Notes under the pieces: generated by a model
Told to the model about the DNA's origin: nothing
What the model saw: the letters and a program-made list of their open reading frames with translations, nothing else
Databases searched by the model: none
Made by a program: the position numbers and the translations under genes
Source of the DNA: an uncultured delta proteobacterium
GTDB lineage: Bacteria > Desulfobacterota > Desulfomonilia > Desulfomonilales > Desulfomonilaceae
Assembly: GCA_963789265.1 (NCBI GenBank)
Contig: CAWBKB010000007.1
Location: 352,001-416,000 of the forward strand
Length of the DNA stretch: 64,000 nucleotides
Reading direction: 5' to 3'
In this document: positions 54,229 through 63,749 of the stretch, piece after piece
How positions within the stretch are numbered: the first letter of the stretch is position 1
Layout of the letters: every line of letters starts with the position of its first letter

Positions 54229-56521
54229 ATGGAAAAGAAATTCAACGTAGTAGGCGCCAGATTGCCCATGATTGATGCCGCGGCCAAGGTCAACGGCTCC
54301 GCGCAATTCACCGACGACCTCGTCTTTCCGGGTATGCTGCACGGAAAAATTCTACGAAGTCCGTTACCGCACGCAAAGATACTCAATGTGGATGTGTCCA
54401 AGGCAGTGCGCCTTCCAGGGGTTAAGGGAGTCGTGACAGGCGAGGAAATCCCGGATCGTCAGTACGGAATAGTCCCCAAAGCCAGTGACGAATACGCACT
54501 CGCCAAAGGAAAAGTCCGATACATTGGTGACGAAGTGGCCGCGGTCTGCGCAATCGATCCGGAGATAGCCGAAGAAGCCGTAGACCTGATCGAGGTAGAT
54601 TATGAAGAGTTGCCCGCAGTGTTCGACCCGAGAGAGGCAATAAAAGAGGGCGCGCCGATCATACACGAAGGAGTGGCCAACAATACGTCTTTCGCAATAA
54701 AAAAGGAGTTCGGCGACGTAAAGAAGGCATTCGCGGAGAGCGCCCTGGTCTCTGAAGACACCTTCTATTCTCAGCCCGTGAACCATGCGCCTTTGGAACC
54801 GCACGCGGCAGTGGCGCAATACGATCCTATTAGAGGACAGATGGTGTTGTGGTCCAGCACGCAGATACCATTCTTCCTCAGAAGAAATCTGGCCGCCACT
54901 CTCCAGATGCCTGAAAGCAAAGTTCGTGTCATCAAACCCAAAGTGGGCGGAGGATTCGGCCAGAAGATCGACATGTTCGCCAAAGACTTCTGCGCCGCGT
55001 GGTTCGCCATAAAAACCGGTAGACCGGTCAAATTTGTTTATGAACGAGACGAAGTCTTCATTGTAACCCGCCAAAGGCACCCGATGTATCTAACCGTTAA
55101 GACCGGCATGAGCAAGGACGGAAAGATTCTGGGTCAACAATTTCTCTCCTATGCCGACGGCGGTGCATATAACGGTCCTGCACCGACCATGATGGCCTTA
55201 TCCTGCTTCTTCCTCATGGTTCCGTATCATGTGCCCAATCTGTTCTACGAGGGATACCATGTTTACACAAACAAGCCTGTTGGAGGGGCCATGCGGGGAC
55301 ACGGGATTCCGCAGGCTCGTTTCGCAGTGGAACGCCAACTGGACTTGATGACAGAGCGGCTGAATCTGGACCCCGCGGAAGTTCGCGCCAAGAACAGCAT
55401 CAAGGCAGGAGAAACCGCATCCCGGAGGATTCGTTATCCACACCTGCGGATTTGCCGAGAGCGTGAAACTGGCGTCTGAAGCCATTGGTTGGAAGGAAAA
55501 GCGAGGCAAGCTACCCTTCGGTCGAGGAGTGGGTCTCGGCGGAGCCTCGTTCCCCAGCGGGGTGACCAACATGAGCCACATCAGTTCGGGCGCAGTAGTC
55601 CAAGTAGGGCAGGACGGCGGAGTGAATGTGCTAACCGGCGCTGCGGACATAGGCCAAGGTGCTGAGACTGTGATCGGGCAAATAGTCGCGGAAGAACTCG
55701 GCGTCCCCTTTGAGGACATCAGAGTGACCGCGGCCGACACCGGAACCTGTCCCCTTGACTCGGGGACCTTTGGAAGCGGCGTGACCGTGAGAGCCGGCAA
55801 CGCGGCCCGCATAGCCGCCGAATCGGTGAAAAAGAAAATATTCGAGTGCGTGGCGGACGAGCTGGAAGCCAATCCCGCAGACCTCGTGGCCAAAGACGGG
55901 ATGATATTCGTGACCGGGTCGCCTGAAATCAAGATCTCCTTCAAGAAGGCTTTGAAAACATATCAATATCGTGACCTGCCGATGCCGCTCGTGGGACGAG
56001 CATCGTGGATGGCGGACACCAGCGAGCCCACGACCCTATTCAAGCAGCCGGGGAATTTCTCGCCGAATTATTCCTTCATGACTCAGGCTGCGGAAGTGGA
56101 AGTCGATACGACCACGGGGAAGGTCAAAGTTATCAAGATGGTGACTGCGCATGATTGCGGCCGGGCCATCAATCCCATGCTGGTTGAAGGGCAACTGGAA
56201 GGCTCGATTGCCGGCGGCATGGGACAAGCACTCTATGAGGATGTGATCGTGGAGAAAGGGCAGGTGATGAATCCGTCCTTCCTGGATTACGGCTTTCCCA
56301 CTACAATGGAAGTTCCGGAAATGGAATCCATTGATATCGAGACCGATGATCCTGTGGGGCCGTTCGGCGCAAAGGAAGCCGGAGAGGGAACGCAATTGTC
56401 ACCCGCACCCGCGATTGTGAACGCTATCTACGACGCGATAGGAGTGAACTTCAATGAGCTGCCGGTGACTCCGGAAAAAATATTGAAGGCTTTGGAGGAG
56501 AAGAAGAAAGAGAAGAGATAA
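54229..56521 (+). CDS. hcrA: Molybdopterin-binding alpha subunit, xanthine oxidase family (+1 frameshift near 55413)
   Basis: LRSP..HA, GGGFG.K, MRGHG.PQ, GQGAET, AHDCG.AINP, GAKEAGE. Confidence 0.82.
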
Positions 56522-56531
56522 AAGTTTTCCG

Positions 56532-56820
56532 GTGGGACAGGCTTCCAGCCTGTCTATTGTGAATGACAGGCAGGATGCCTGTCCTATTATCAATTCTTCA
56601 CCCTCTTACCAGTAGGACAGGCTTCCAGCCTGTCACTTTCTTGGTGGGACAGGCTTCCAGCCTGTCTATTGGGAATGACAGGCAGGATGCCTGTCCTACT
56701 ATCAATTCTTCACCCTCTTACCAGTAGGACAGGCTTCCAGCCTGTCACTTTCTTGGTGCGACAGGCTTCCAGCCTGTCTATTGGGAATGACGGGCAGGAT
56801 GCCTGTCCTACTATCAATTC
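56532..56820. repeat. BIME-like tandem REP array (112-bp unit, about 2.6 copies)
   Basis: Units start at 56532, 56644, 56756; REPs GTRGGACAGGCTTCCAGCCTGTC and GACAGGCAGGATGCCTGTCCTAC. Confidence 0.92.
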
Positions 56821-56821
56821 C

Positions 56822-57271
56822 TCACATCCGACGTCCTGCCCAGCGATAATCCTCAATCTCCGGCCACCGCTTCACAGGATTTCCCAGAATGTATTCTGTC
56901 TTCTGAAGCAACTCCGCTTCATCCCTCACAATGCGGTCAAAGTACTCGTCCTGCCAGACTGGCACGGCCCTTGTCCGAGTTTTTCTCAACGCGTTGGCGG
57001 TAAAAGATTTCCACGAATGGACGATCTGTTGCAAAGAATGCGTGTCAAAGGGGGATACGAGTACATGCACATGATCATCCATGACAACATAGGCAAGGAG
57101 CTCGTAGCGCTTGCCATCGAAATGTCTTATCGCGTCGGCCACCAAGGTCCTTTCCTCGGGATCGAGAACGGGTTGGGCCTTTCCAAGACGCCAGGTGACA
57201 AAGTAAAAGGAGCTCTCCATTCGCCAATGCGGGAGTTTCCGCCGATATGTGATTAAACGGGGTGTTTTCAA
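56822..57271 (-). CDS. REP-associated tyrosine transposase (RAYT/TnpA-REP, Y1 HUH)
   Basis: YRRKLPHW, YFVTW, VVMDDHVH (HUH), WKSFTA, WQ..YFD..VR, YI..NP; REPs on both sides. Confidence 0.9.
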   Translation of the reverse strand: MKTPRLITYRRKLPHWRMESSFYFVTWRLGKAQPVLDPEERTLVADAIRHFDGKRYELLAYVVMDDHVHVLVSPFDTHSLQQIVHSWKSFTANALRKTRTRAVPVWQDEYFDRIVRDEAELLQKTEYILGNPVKRWPEIEDYRWAGRRM

Positions 57272-57298
57272 AGGCGAGACCTCTTTGCTCTGACCAAT

Positions 57299-57364
57299 GA
57301 CAGGCAGGATGCCTGTCCCACTATCAATTCCCACCTTACCAGTAGGACGGGCTTCCAGCCTGTC
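57299..57364. repeat. REP pair upstream of RAYT
   Basis: Same family as 56532-56820. Confidence 0.88.
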
Positions 57365-57432
57365 ATTTTCCTGGTTGCCAGGCAACGCCACCACACCAAA
57401 GGGGTGATTCATTTCCCGCGCCGCGGAATTCA

Positions 57433-57687
57433 TCATGCCTCACGCGAACCCCTCTCTTGTCGTTTCTCGGTAGTTCCATCGCATCTCTCGCGCGTTGCCA
57501 ATGACGGCACTAGAATTCTCACATTCGGATCGTGAATGCCTTTCAAATCAAGCATGTCTTGTGCGCCAACTCTCAATGACTCTAGAAGTTCCTCTTGCGT
57601 CCGTTCCTGGGCGTTCACGCCAGGCAGATCTGTCAACCAGCCGATCCACCATCCCTCGGCTTTCTCTATTACTGCGTTATATTCCAT
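57433..57687 (-). CDS. hicB: HicB-family antitoxin
   Basis: MEYNAVIEKAEGWWIGW..DLPGVNAQ..T.EEL...L. Confidence 0.82.
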   Translation of the reverse strand: MEYNAVIEKAEGWWIGWLTDLPGVNAQERTQEELLESLRVGAQDMLDLKGIHDPNVRILVPSLATRERCDGTTEKRQERGSREA

Positions 57688-57689
57688 GA

Positions 57690-57973
57690 TTACCTCACGA
57701 AGGGGATATCCAAGTCCTTGCAGATCCTTCCGTAAGTATTCTCGAAAGCGATCGCGGATTGCCCAGACAGAAGGGCAAGACATTGTCATTGCGAGGAGCA
57801 ACGCGACGAAGCAATCTCAGTTTTGGCCGTGTGGAGATTGCTTCGCTTCGCTCGCAATGACAACGGACAGAAAACTCCCCGCCCACCAGAATGGATGCGC
57901 ATGTTTCTTGCCCTCTCCGAACAAGTTCCGCTCCATGCCGCTCCAAGTGCTTTATAAGTGCATGTCGTTTCAT
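57690..57973 (-). pseudogene. hicA: HicA-family toxin disrupted by repeat DNA
   Basis: N-terminus MKRHALIKHLERHGAELVR-EGKKH and C-terminus RICKDLDIPFVR* flank a GTCATTGCGAG hairpin at 57785-57861. Confidence 0.75.
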
Positions 57974-58003
57974 TTTACCACAATTGTTGGAGTGGAACTT
58001 GAT

Positions 58004-58218
58004 GGTGGGACAGGCTTCTAGCCTGTCACTTTTTCCAGTAGGACAGGCATCTTGCCTGTCATTCCGCCTTGGTTGAATCCTAAATTGACAGGCAGGATGC
58101 CTGTCCCACTTTGATATCCCCACCTGACCAGTAGGACAGGCTTCCAGCCTGTCACTTTCTTGGTGGGGCAGGCTGGAAGCCTGTCTGTTGAGAATGACAG
58201 GCAGGATGCCTGTCCTAC
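58004..58218. repeat. Array of six RAYT-type REPs
   Basis: GTRGGACAGGCWTCYWGCCTGTC units in both orientations. Confidence 0.88.
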
Positions 58219-58222
58219 CAAT

Positions 58223-58250
58223 AAAAAACCCGGAGGCCTAAACCTCCGGG
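58223..58250 (-). terminator. Rho-independent terminator of the porin-like gene
   Basis: CCCGGAGG..CCTCCGGG hairpin plus T6 on the minus strand. Confidence 0.75.
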
Positions 58251-58306
58251 CTCTATTTCACACCATATTGTGGGGGGCGGGCTAAAACCCACCCCGCCCT
58301 ACATTG

Positions 58307-60289
58307 TTAGAAATCAACCACTATGCTTCCTTGGAAGCCGATTATAGGATCGATACCACGATTCGGATTCACCGGGTATGGTACACCGTTGATCGTGGCC
58401 GTGACGGTTGATCCGTAGTCCACGTATGCCCACTTGAACCAGTCACCCGGCTGCCAGTAAGCAATGAGGGTGTTGAAGGTCATGCCTTCCAGCAGTTTCC
58501 AGTTCACACCGGCATCCCATTCCCATCCAAGATAGTTGTCAGGAACGTTGGGAACCGGGGCAAACTGACCGGGTGTGCCGCCGCCAAGAAACGCCAACGG
58601 CAAGCCGACCGCGCCATATTGTCCGAAATACGTAGAGCCGAATCCCGGGCTGACCCTGATAGTGTTGGGCACACCGCCGCGGTACGCAGCTACCGGCGTG
58701 CCGGTATTGCTGGCACGGTCCGCGTACATAAACGAAGTGAACACGTTCAGGTTGGCGGCGACCGCGTAATCCAACCGTGCAGCATATCCCAGGAAGTCCT
58801 GGAATGCGCCGTAACCTCTGACGTCATACGTATTGTTGCCTGTTCCGTAGAGGCCCATCAGGAACTGGTACGGGGCGATGGCTTCCCTCGCGCCGCCGAA
58901 TACGAGGAACTGGGTCTGCTTGTCATACACAGTCGCCGCACCATGATACGGGTCGGGGCCGCCGATGGCGCCCCAGTAGTCCAGGAACCCGCCGCGCCGG
59001 TCGTCACCGCTGTGATAGAAGCCCGCCAAAGTTAGCTTGGCAGGGCCGCATATCGCGCCAAGTTCGACTTCCCAGGCATCAGCCCATGTGGAAATGGACC
59101 GCCCACCCTTTTTCGTCGCGTCCGCGTACTCCCAGTCATATTCAACGTTGAGGAAAAATCTTCCATTGAAGTACTTGAAGTACATGGGAGACAACCAATA
59201 ATGAGTGTCCCCGACCATCGGATTATTTAAATTGTCCGCAAAGGTTCCCAAGCCGAGGTACACAACGGGAAACGCCGAGTTGTTGAAATCATCCGCTCCG
59301 TTGACTCCAGCAGGAGTGGAAAAGGTAGTACCACCTAATAGGCCAGGGACTATATCGCAGTGCGCGTCTTCGTGGAATAGAGGCACGAACAGCCAACCCA
59401 AATTCACCGGCCCGTTAGCGTACGTGAAAGCAAACACCGAGTCAAATTCGGACCTTGTGCGGTTCTTGTCGGTGCCCGCTGCCATAGTAAGGCCGGGTGT
59501 GTTTGTCAGAGTGGCCGCGGCGTTTACCGCGAAAGGATCGGCCCCGGCATCTCTCAGATTCATACCGGCGATAAAGGTTAATGGGCCGTAAGGCACCACA
59601 AGCACAATCTTCTCGTCGTCCAGATCTTTCTCATGCGCGGTGCTCCAACCAAGCCCGAAGTCAACCCCGCGGCGGCCCAGGACAAGGATTCCCCAGGGGA
59701 GCTGAGCGGTCATCCAGAACTTTTCCCACATGCCGGTACACATGCCGGTTGCTCCAGGGCCGTTGCCGTTGGTGCCGTCGTTTGTGATGTACCAGCCCGT
59801 GTAACCCAATGCTCGGCTGTAGTTGTCGGAAATGTAGGTGCCCATGCCAGTAAGACCAACATCTTGGCGAATGGGGTGATGGCCCCGGAGGTTTGTTCCG
59901 GTGAGCCAGTACTCACCTCTCAACCGAATCGCGGGGTTAACCCGGATTTCAGGGTACAGCCATACGCGCTGGTCCTGGATCGATGCATCCGAAGCCTTGG
60001 CTGCAAAGCCCTGGGCAAAAACATAATAGTTGGCGACATCGATATTGATCGCGTTATTTGCCGCAAAGCTGTAGACCGGGCCTGCAAAACCTTGGGTTCC
60101 ACCGGCGGCTGCACTAGGAGTAGTAAAGGGGGTATTGGGTCCACCGAAGAGGTCCCCCTGACCCATTCGTGAGAAGTAGCGATAGCGGAATTCCGCCTCG
60201 CCTGTCATGGCGAATTCCCACGCGAATGCGGGGAGAGCTATGGCTGCAATGAGCAGCACGCCCAACAGAATAGTAAAAAATCTTTTCAT
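58307..60289 (-). CDS. Outer-membrane beta-barrel/porin-like protein
   Basis: Signal peptide (AFA-W), aromatic-rich beta strands, LGWEWDAG, C-terminal Phe; GGAGG RBS. Confidence 0.75.
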   Translation of the reverse strand: MKRFFTILLGVLLIAAIALPAFAWEFAMTGEAEFRYRYFSRMGQGDLFGGPNTPFTTPSAAAGGTQGFAGPVYSFAANNAINIDVANYYVFAQGFAAKASDASIQDQRVWLYPEIRVNPAIRLRGEYWLTGTNLRGHHPIRQDVGLTGMGTYISDNYSRALGYTGWYITNDGTNGNGPGATGMCTGMWEKFWMTAQLPWGILVLGRRGVDFGLGWSTAHEKDLDDEKIVLVVPYGPLTFIAGMNLRDAGADPFAVNAAATLTNTPGLTMAAGTDKNRTRSEFDSVFAFTYANGPVNLGWLFVPLFHEDAHCDIVPGLLGGTTFSTPAGVNGADDFNNSAFPVVYLGLGTFADNLNNPMVGDTHYWLSPMYFKYFNGRFFLNVEYDWEYADATKKGGRSISTWADAWEVELGAICGPAKLTLAGFYHSGDDRRGGFLDYWGAIGGPDPYHGAATVYDKQTQFLVFGGAREAIAPYQFLMGLYGTGNNTYDVRGYGAFQDFLGYAARLDYAVAANLNVFTSFMYADRASNTGTPVAAYRGGVPNTIRVSPGFGSTYFGQYGAVGLPLAFLGGGTPGQFAPVPNVPDNYLGWEWDAGVNWKLLEGMTFNTLIAYWQPGDWFKWAYVDYGSTVTATINGVPYPVNPNRGIDPIIGFQGSIVVDF

Positions 60290-60699
60290 CTCTTCCTCCC
60301 AATCCAAAAAGAATCGAAAAAAGATGCCCTAAGGCAGTTAAACGCTGTACTCGTTTCGGCAGCCTCAACGCTCCCCCGAATTCCCCGCCGGCGGGGGATT
60401 CAGAAAAGCGCTAATTACGGCTTCTAGTCCGGTGAATCTCGAGTTCACCATCTGGTACAGATCTTCTGATTTCACATGTTTGTAACACCGGCCTAGCCTC
60501 GGTGTCAAGAAAAATTTGTATGATGGGGAATGGGGATGCGGCGGGAGCGGCGCTGACTAAGCGGTAGAAGGGTCGGGTACTTGTCGGCAGTGAGGTCAAC
60601 GACGTTAGAGTACATTTGCGACGAAGTGCCTGAAATTTTTATTTCATTAGAATTTGTATTATAGACTTATGAAAGGTATTTGCAAGTGTGTTTTGAAGC

Positions 60700-61262
60700 T
60701 GGCGTAGGATGTGGTGAGTCACACGGCAAGTGGGATGAACCGTCCCGCGGAACGCGGGATCAGCGTCCTGGGGATCTCCCGGCTTCTCGGCTGCATTTTT
60801 CGCGACCGATGCAGTTTCCTCCGCTTTCGCAGGGATCACCACGTTCAAGAGGACTGCCATTCGTCACCCCGGACCCCGATCCGGGGATGGTAGGGGCGAC
60901 CGCCGGTCGCCCAGGGCGAATGCCATTCGCCCCTACAGCCACATCCGCGGGCATGACGACAGGCAGGATGCCTGTCCCACCGACAAGGTGGGGATATGGT
61001 GGTTGGACAGGCTTCCAGCCTGTCATTTCCAACGCCGGCAGGGACGCCGGCGCTATCCCGCGGGACGCGGGATAGGACCGGCCTCCGTGCCGGTCTTCCT
61101 CGTTCCCAGGCCCGCGAGACGCGCATAGGCGTTAAGCGTCTAGCAGGACAACGTGCGCGGGAATGACGAAGAATCCGCAGATTGCGCAGATGCAAAAAGT
61201 CTGGATTCCCGCATGAGGGGGGATGGCGCGTTTTATATCTGTGTCATCTGCGTAATCTGTGG
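60700..61262. repeat. Mosaic cluster of palindromic repeats
   Basis: Several GTAG/GTGG REP families, CGTC-type remnants, a lone MITE-B end at 61124, CGCAGATT..ATCTGCG units. Confidence 0.75.
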
Positions 61263-61304
61263 ATGAGCCGGCTTCAGCGGCCCCGTATATGACCAGGGGG
61301 GCGT

Positions 61305-61389
61305 GTCATTGCGAGGAGCGGTGCGACGAAGCAATCTCCTGTACCGCTTCCGTTACCTTGTGAGATTGCTTCGCTGCGCTCGCAATCAC
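61305..61389. repeat. GTCATTGCGAG..GCAATCTC inverted doublet downstream of GIY-YIG gene 1
   Basis: Arms at 61305-61338 and 61362-61389. Confidence 0.9.
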
Positions 61390-61400
61390 AGGGTGATGTC

Positions 61401-61688
61401 CTACAAGTATTCATATAGATCCCGCCATTCGGGATTCATTGCTTCGATGAGGTCGATTTTTTTCTGGCGAGAGCCTGCCTTTATCTGTTTCTCACGGGCA
61501 ATGGCTGCGTGCACGTCATCTGTGACCTCATAGAACACCAGCTTGGAAACGTTGTACCGGTGAGTAAAACCCGGTACCAGCTTCTCTCGGTGCTGCCAGA
61601 CGCGTCTCCTGAGGTCGCGGGACACCCCCATGTACAGAACCGTGTTACTGCGATTGGTGAGGATGTTGACGTGGTATTGTCGATACAC
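61401..61688 (-). CDS. Small stand-alone GIY-YIG nuclease (Ssn-like) 1
   Basis: VLYMGV..DL.RRV.QH......GFT.RY.V.KLV.YE......AI.REKQIK...R..K..LI...NP.W.DL. Confidence 0.9.
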   Translation of the reverse strand: MYRQYHVNILTNRSNTVLYMGVSRDLRRRVWQHREKLVPGFTHRYNVSKLVFYEVTDDVHAAIAREKQIKAGSRQKKIDLIEAMNPEWRDLYEYL

Positions 61689-61703
61689 GTTCTATAACTT
61701 TCC

Positions 61704-61829
61704 GAGATTGCTTCGCTTCGCTCGCAATGACAGGTGCCGATAATGTCATTGCGAGGAGTGAAACGACGAAGCAATCTCCTGTACCGATGTCACAACTTTC
61801 CGAGATTGCTTCGCTTCGCTCGCAATGAC
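61704..61829. repeat. Three GTCATTGCGAG-family arms upstream of GIY-YIG gene 1
   Basis: Arms at 61704-61731, 61745-61778, 61802-61829. Confidence 0.9.
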
Positions 61830-61937
61830 AGTAGGAGCAACCGGTGCGGAGGCCTGTCCTACCGCCGCGATGGTAGCGCCGGCGTCCCTGCCGGCGGATG
61901 ATGGGATGTGGCGGCACCCGAACGGCGGCCTTTGCCC

Positions 61938-62219
61938 CTACTTCAGCCTCTCCCTCGCGGAAGCCTCATCAATTCCGGGCACAAACAGGACCTTTTCACG
62001 TGAAGAACGGCCTCGCACTATGGTTATTGACGAAGGAGGCGCGCCAAGTTTCTTTCCAATGAATTTGAGCAGTTGTTTATTGGCCTTCCCTTCAACAGGA
62101 GGGGAGGTGAGCTTTACCGTCAAGCGATCGTCATGTTCCCGAATGACCGCATTTCTCGAAGAGTTGGGGGTCACGTTCACTCTTATGATGATGCCGTCTT
62201 TGTGTGCTTCGAGATACAT
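61938..62219 (-). CDS. yggU: DUF167/YggU family protein
   Basis: V.P.S.R..., PPVEGKAN..L, G.SSR.K. Confidence 0.9.
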   Translation of the reverse strand: MYLEAHKDGIIIRVNVTPNSSRNAVIREHDDRLTVKLTSPPVEGKANKQLLKFIGKKLGAPPSSITIVRGRSSREKVLFVPGIDEASARERLK

Positions 62220-62289
62220 CGGGCGCTTCCTGCTTAGCTGGTGAAGTCAGTTGTGGGCTCCTTGGACCGCCGATATCCTTTCAAAGTCA

Positions 62290-62370
62290 CCCTTTTCTAA
62301 AGGGGGATTTAGGGGGATTTTCAATGGGTTATCAGGAAATCCCCCCTGGCCCCCCTTTAAGAAAGGGGGG
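62290..62370. repeat. C-rich palindrome (CCCTTT..AAAGGGGG..AAATCCCCCC..) without MITE ends
   Basis: Similar to 17428-17508, 22028-22110, 37207-37281. Confidence 0.8.
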
Positions 62371-62450
62371 AACCCCGCGCTTCGCGGGACTGTCCCACCA
62401 TCATATCCCTACCTTACCGGTGGGACAGGCATCCTGCCTGTCACCGGCCT

Positions 62451-62750
62451 CTACTGCAGATTCATGGCGAGGTGGCGCAGAGTATCTATGAGGAACCGCT
62501 GCAGAAAAACGATGATCAGCAAAACTATAATTGGAGAGAAATCAATGCCCATGAACGGAAAAGGGAGCCAGCGACGGACGGTCGCAAACACCGGTTCCGT
62601 CACACTGTAGAGGAAACGCACAATCGGGTTATACGGGTCGGGGTTTACCCATGAGATCAATGCTGCAATGATCACGATCCACATGTAAATGGTAAGGACT
62701 ATGTTCAGCACTTCAGCAATGGCACCAAGAAAATTACCCAGAACAAACAT
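62451..62750 (-). CDS. yggT: YggT family membrane protein
   Basis: ISWVNPDPYNPIV.FL..VTEP..., GIDFSPI. Confidence 0.93.
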   Translation of the reverse strand: MFVLGNFLGAIAEVLNIVLTIYMWIVIIAALISWVNPDPYNPIVRFLYSVTEPVFATVRRWLPFPFMGIDFSPIIVLLIIVFLQRFLIDTLRHLAMNLQ

Positions 62751-62901
62751 GGACCTTCTCGCTATTGAATATCAAGATAATACTTTTGTAGTTTGAAATT
62801 ATCAAGTTCATCACAATATGTCAAGTTGTTGTTCAGGATTCGCTGTCCGTTTGCCCCAATGCATGTCCCCCGCCCCGAGGACAACGCGACCAGGCCGAGT
62901 C

Positions 62902-63053
62902 GTCATTCTCGCGCACGCGGGAATCCAGGCATTGAATCTCAGTGGGACCGGCATCTTGCCGGTCGTCGTCATTCCCGCGTACGCGGGAATCCAGACTGGA
63001 CCCCGGATCTAGTCCGGGGTGACGACGTCATCCTCGCGCACTCGAGAATCCAG
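62902..63053 (+). repeat. dRS3-like repeats downstream of GIY-YIG gene 2
   Basis: GTCATTCYCGCGYACGCGGGAATCCAG-type units at 62902, 62968 and a more degenerate one at 63027, plus an inverted CTGGACCCCGG..CCGGGGTGAC unit. Confidence 0.9.
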
Positions 63054-63054
63054 G

Positions 63055-63348
63055 CTATAACGTAATGACTTCGTACAGGTCTTTCCAATCCGGGTTCCTT
63101 TGCTCTATCAGATCCAACTTCCAAGCCCTTCTCCATTTCTTGATCTGTTTTTCCCTTGCTATTGCACTTTCGGCGGTATCATGAACTTCAAAATAGACGA
63201 GCCTGTTCACACCATACTTCATTGTAAAGCCTTCTACTAACTTTTGCTTGTGCTGCCAGGTCCTCTGAATCAAATTGGATGTCACCCCTGTATACAAGGT
63301 TCCGTTACGTTGACTCGCCAAGATGTAGACATGAAATTGCTTACTCAC
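63055..63348 (-). CDS. Small stand-alone GIY-YIG nuclease (SsnA-like) 2
   Basis: HVYILASQRNGTLYTGVTSNL..R..QHK.....GFT.KY.V..LVYFE.....AI.REKQIKKW.R.WK..LIE..NP.W.DL; GAGG RBS before GTG. Confidence 0.93.
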   Translation of the reverse strand: MSKQFHVYILASQRNGTLYTGVTSNLIQRTWQHKQKLVEGFTMKYGVNRLVYFEVHDTAESAIAREKQIKKWRRAWKLDLIEQRNPDWKDLYEVITL

Positions 63349-63390
63349 TTCAACCTCATCTGGACCCCGGATCAGGTCCGGGGTGACGGC

Positions 63391-63749
63391 GTCATTCTCG
63401 CGTACGCGAGAATCCAGACGAGGAGGGATCGTGCTAGAACCCAGGGGTCCTGAGTCGTCATTCTCGCGCACGCGGGAATCCAGACTCTGAATGACAGGCA
63501 GGATGCCTATCCCACTAAAGTCGTCATTCCCGCGGCACGCGGGAATCCAGACGATCTTGGTTGCCTCATCGGTACGCAGATCACTCGTCGTCATTCCCGC
63601 GCACGCGGGAATCCAGAACCGGCTGCCTCGATCATACTGACCGTGAAACCGGAGGTCGTCATTCCCGCGCACGCGGGAATCCAGGCCTAATGCTGTTACA
63701 CCTGGCACGACGTGAGGGAGTTGTCATTCTCGCGCACGCGGGAATCCAC
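63391..63749 (+). repeat. Regular repeat-spacer array (6 repeats, 5 unique spacers), CRISPR-like/NIME-like
   Basis: Repeats start at 63391, 63457, 63523, 63590, 63658, 63723; spacers 39, 39, 39, 41, 38 nt. Confidence 0.9.

Noticed and set aside
60300..60470. Riboswitch in the porin gene leader
   Set aside because: Hairpins are present, but I could not match c-di-GMP, c-di-AMP or cobalamin consensus elements by eye; an Infernal/Rfam scan would settle it.
63349..63708. Repetitive N-terminal extension of the GIY-YIG protein (LDSRVREND repeats)
   Set aside because: It is the translation of the DNA repeat array; an RBS and GTG at 63348 give a normal 97-aa protein.
63391..63749. Bona fide type I-E CRISPR array
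   Set aside because: The hairpin core resembles I-E repeats, but there are no cas genes or AT-rich leader, the repeats vary, they flank a GIY-YIG gene on both sides and they match the dRS3/CGTC class. Reported as CRISPR-like only.
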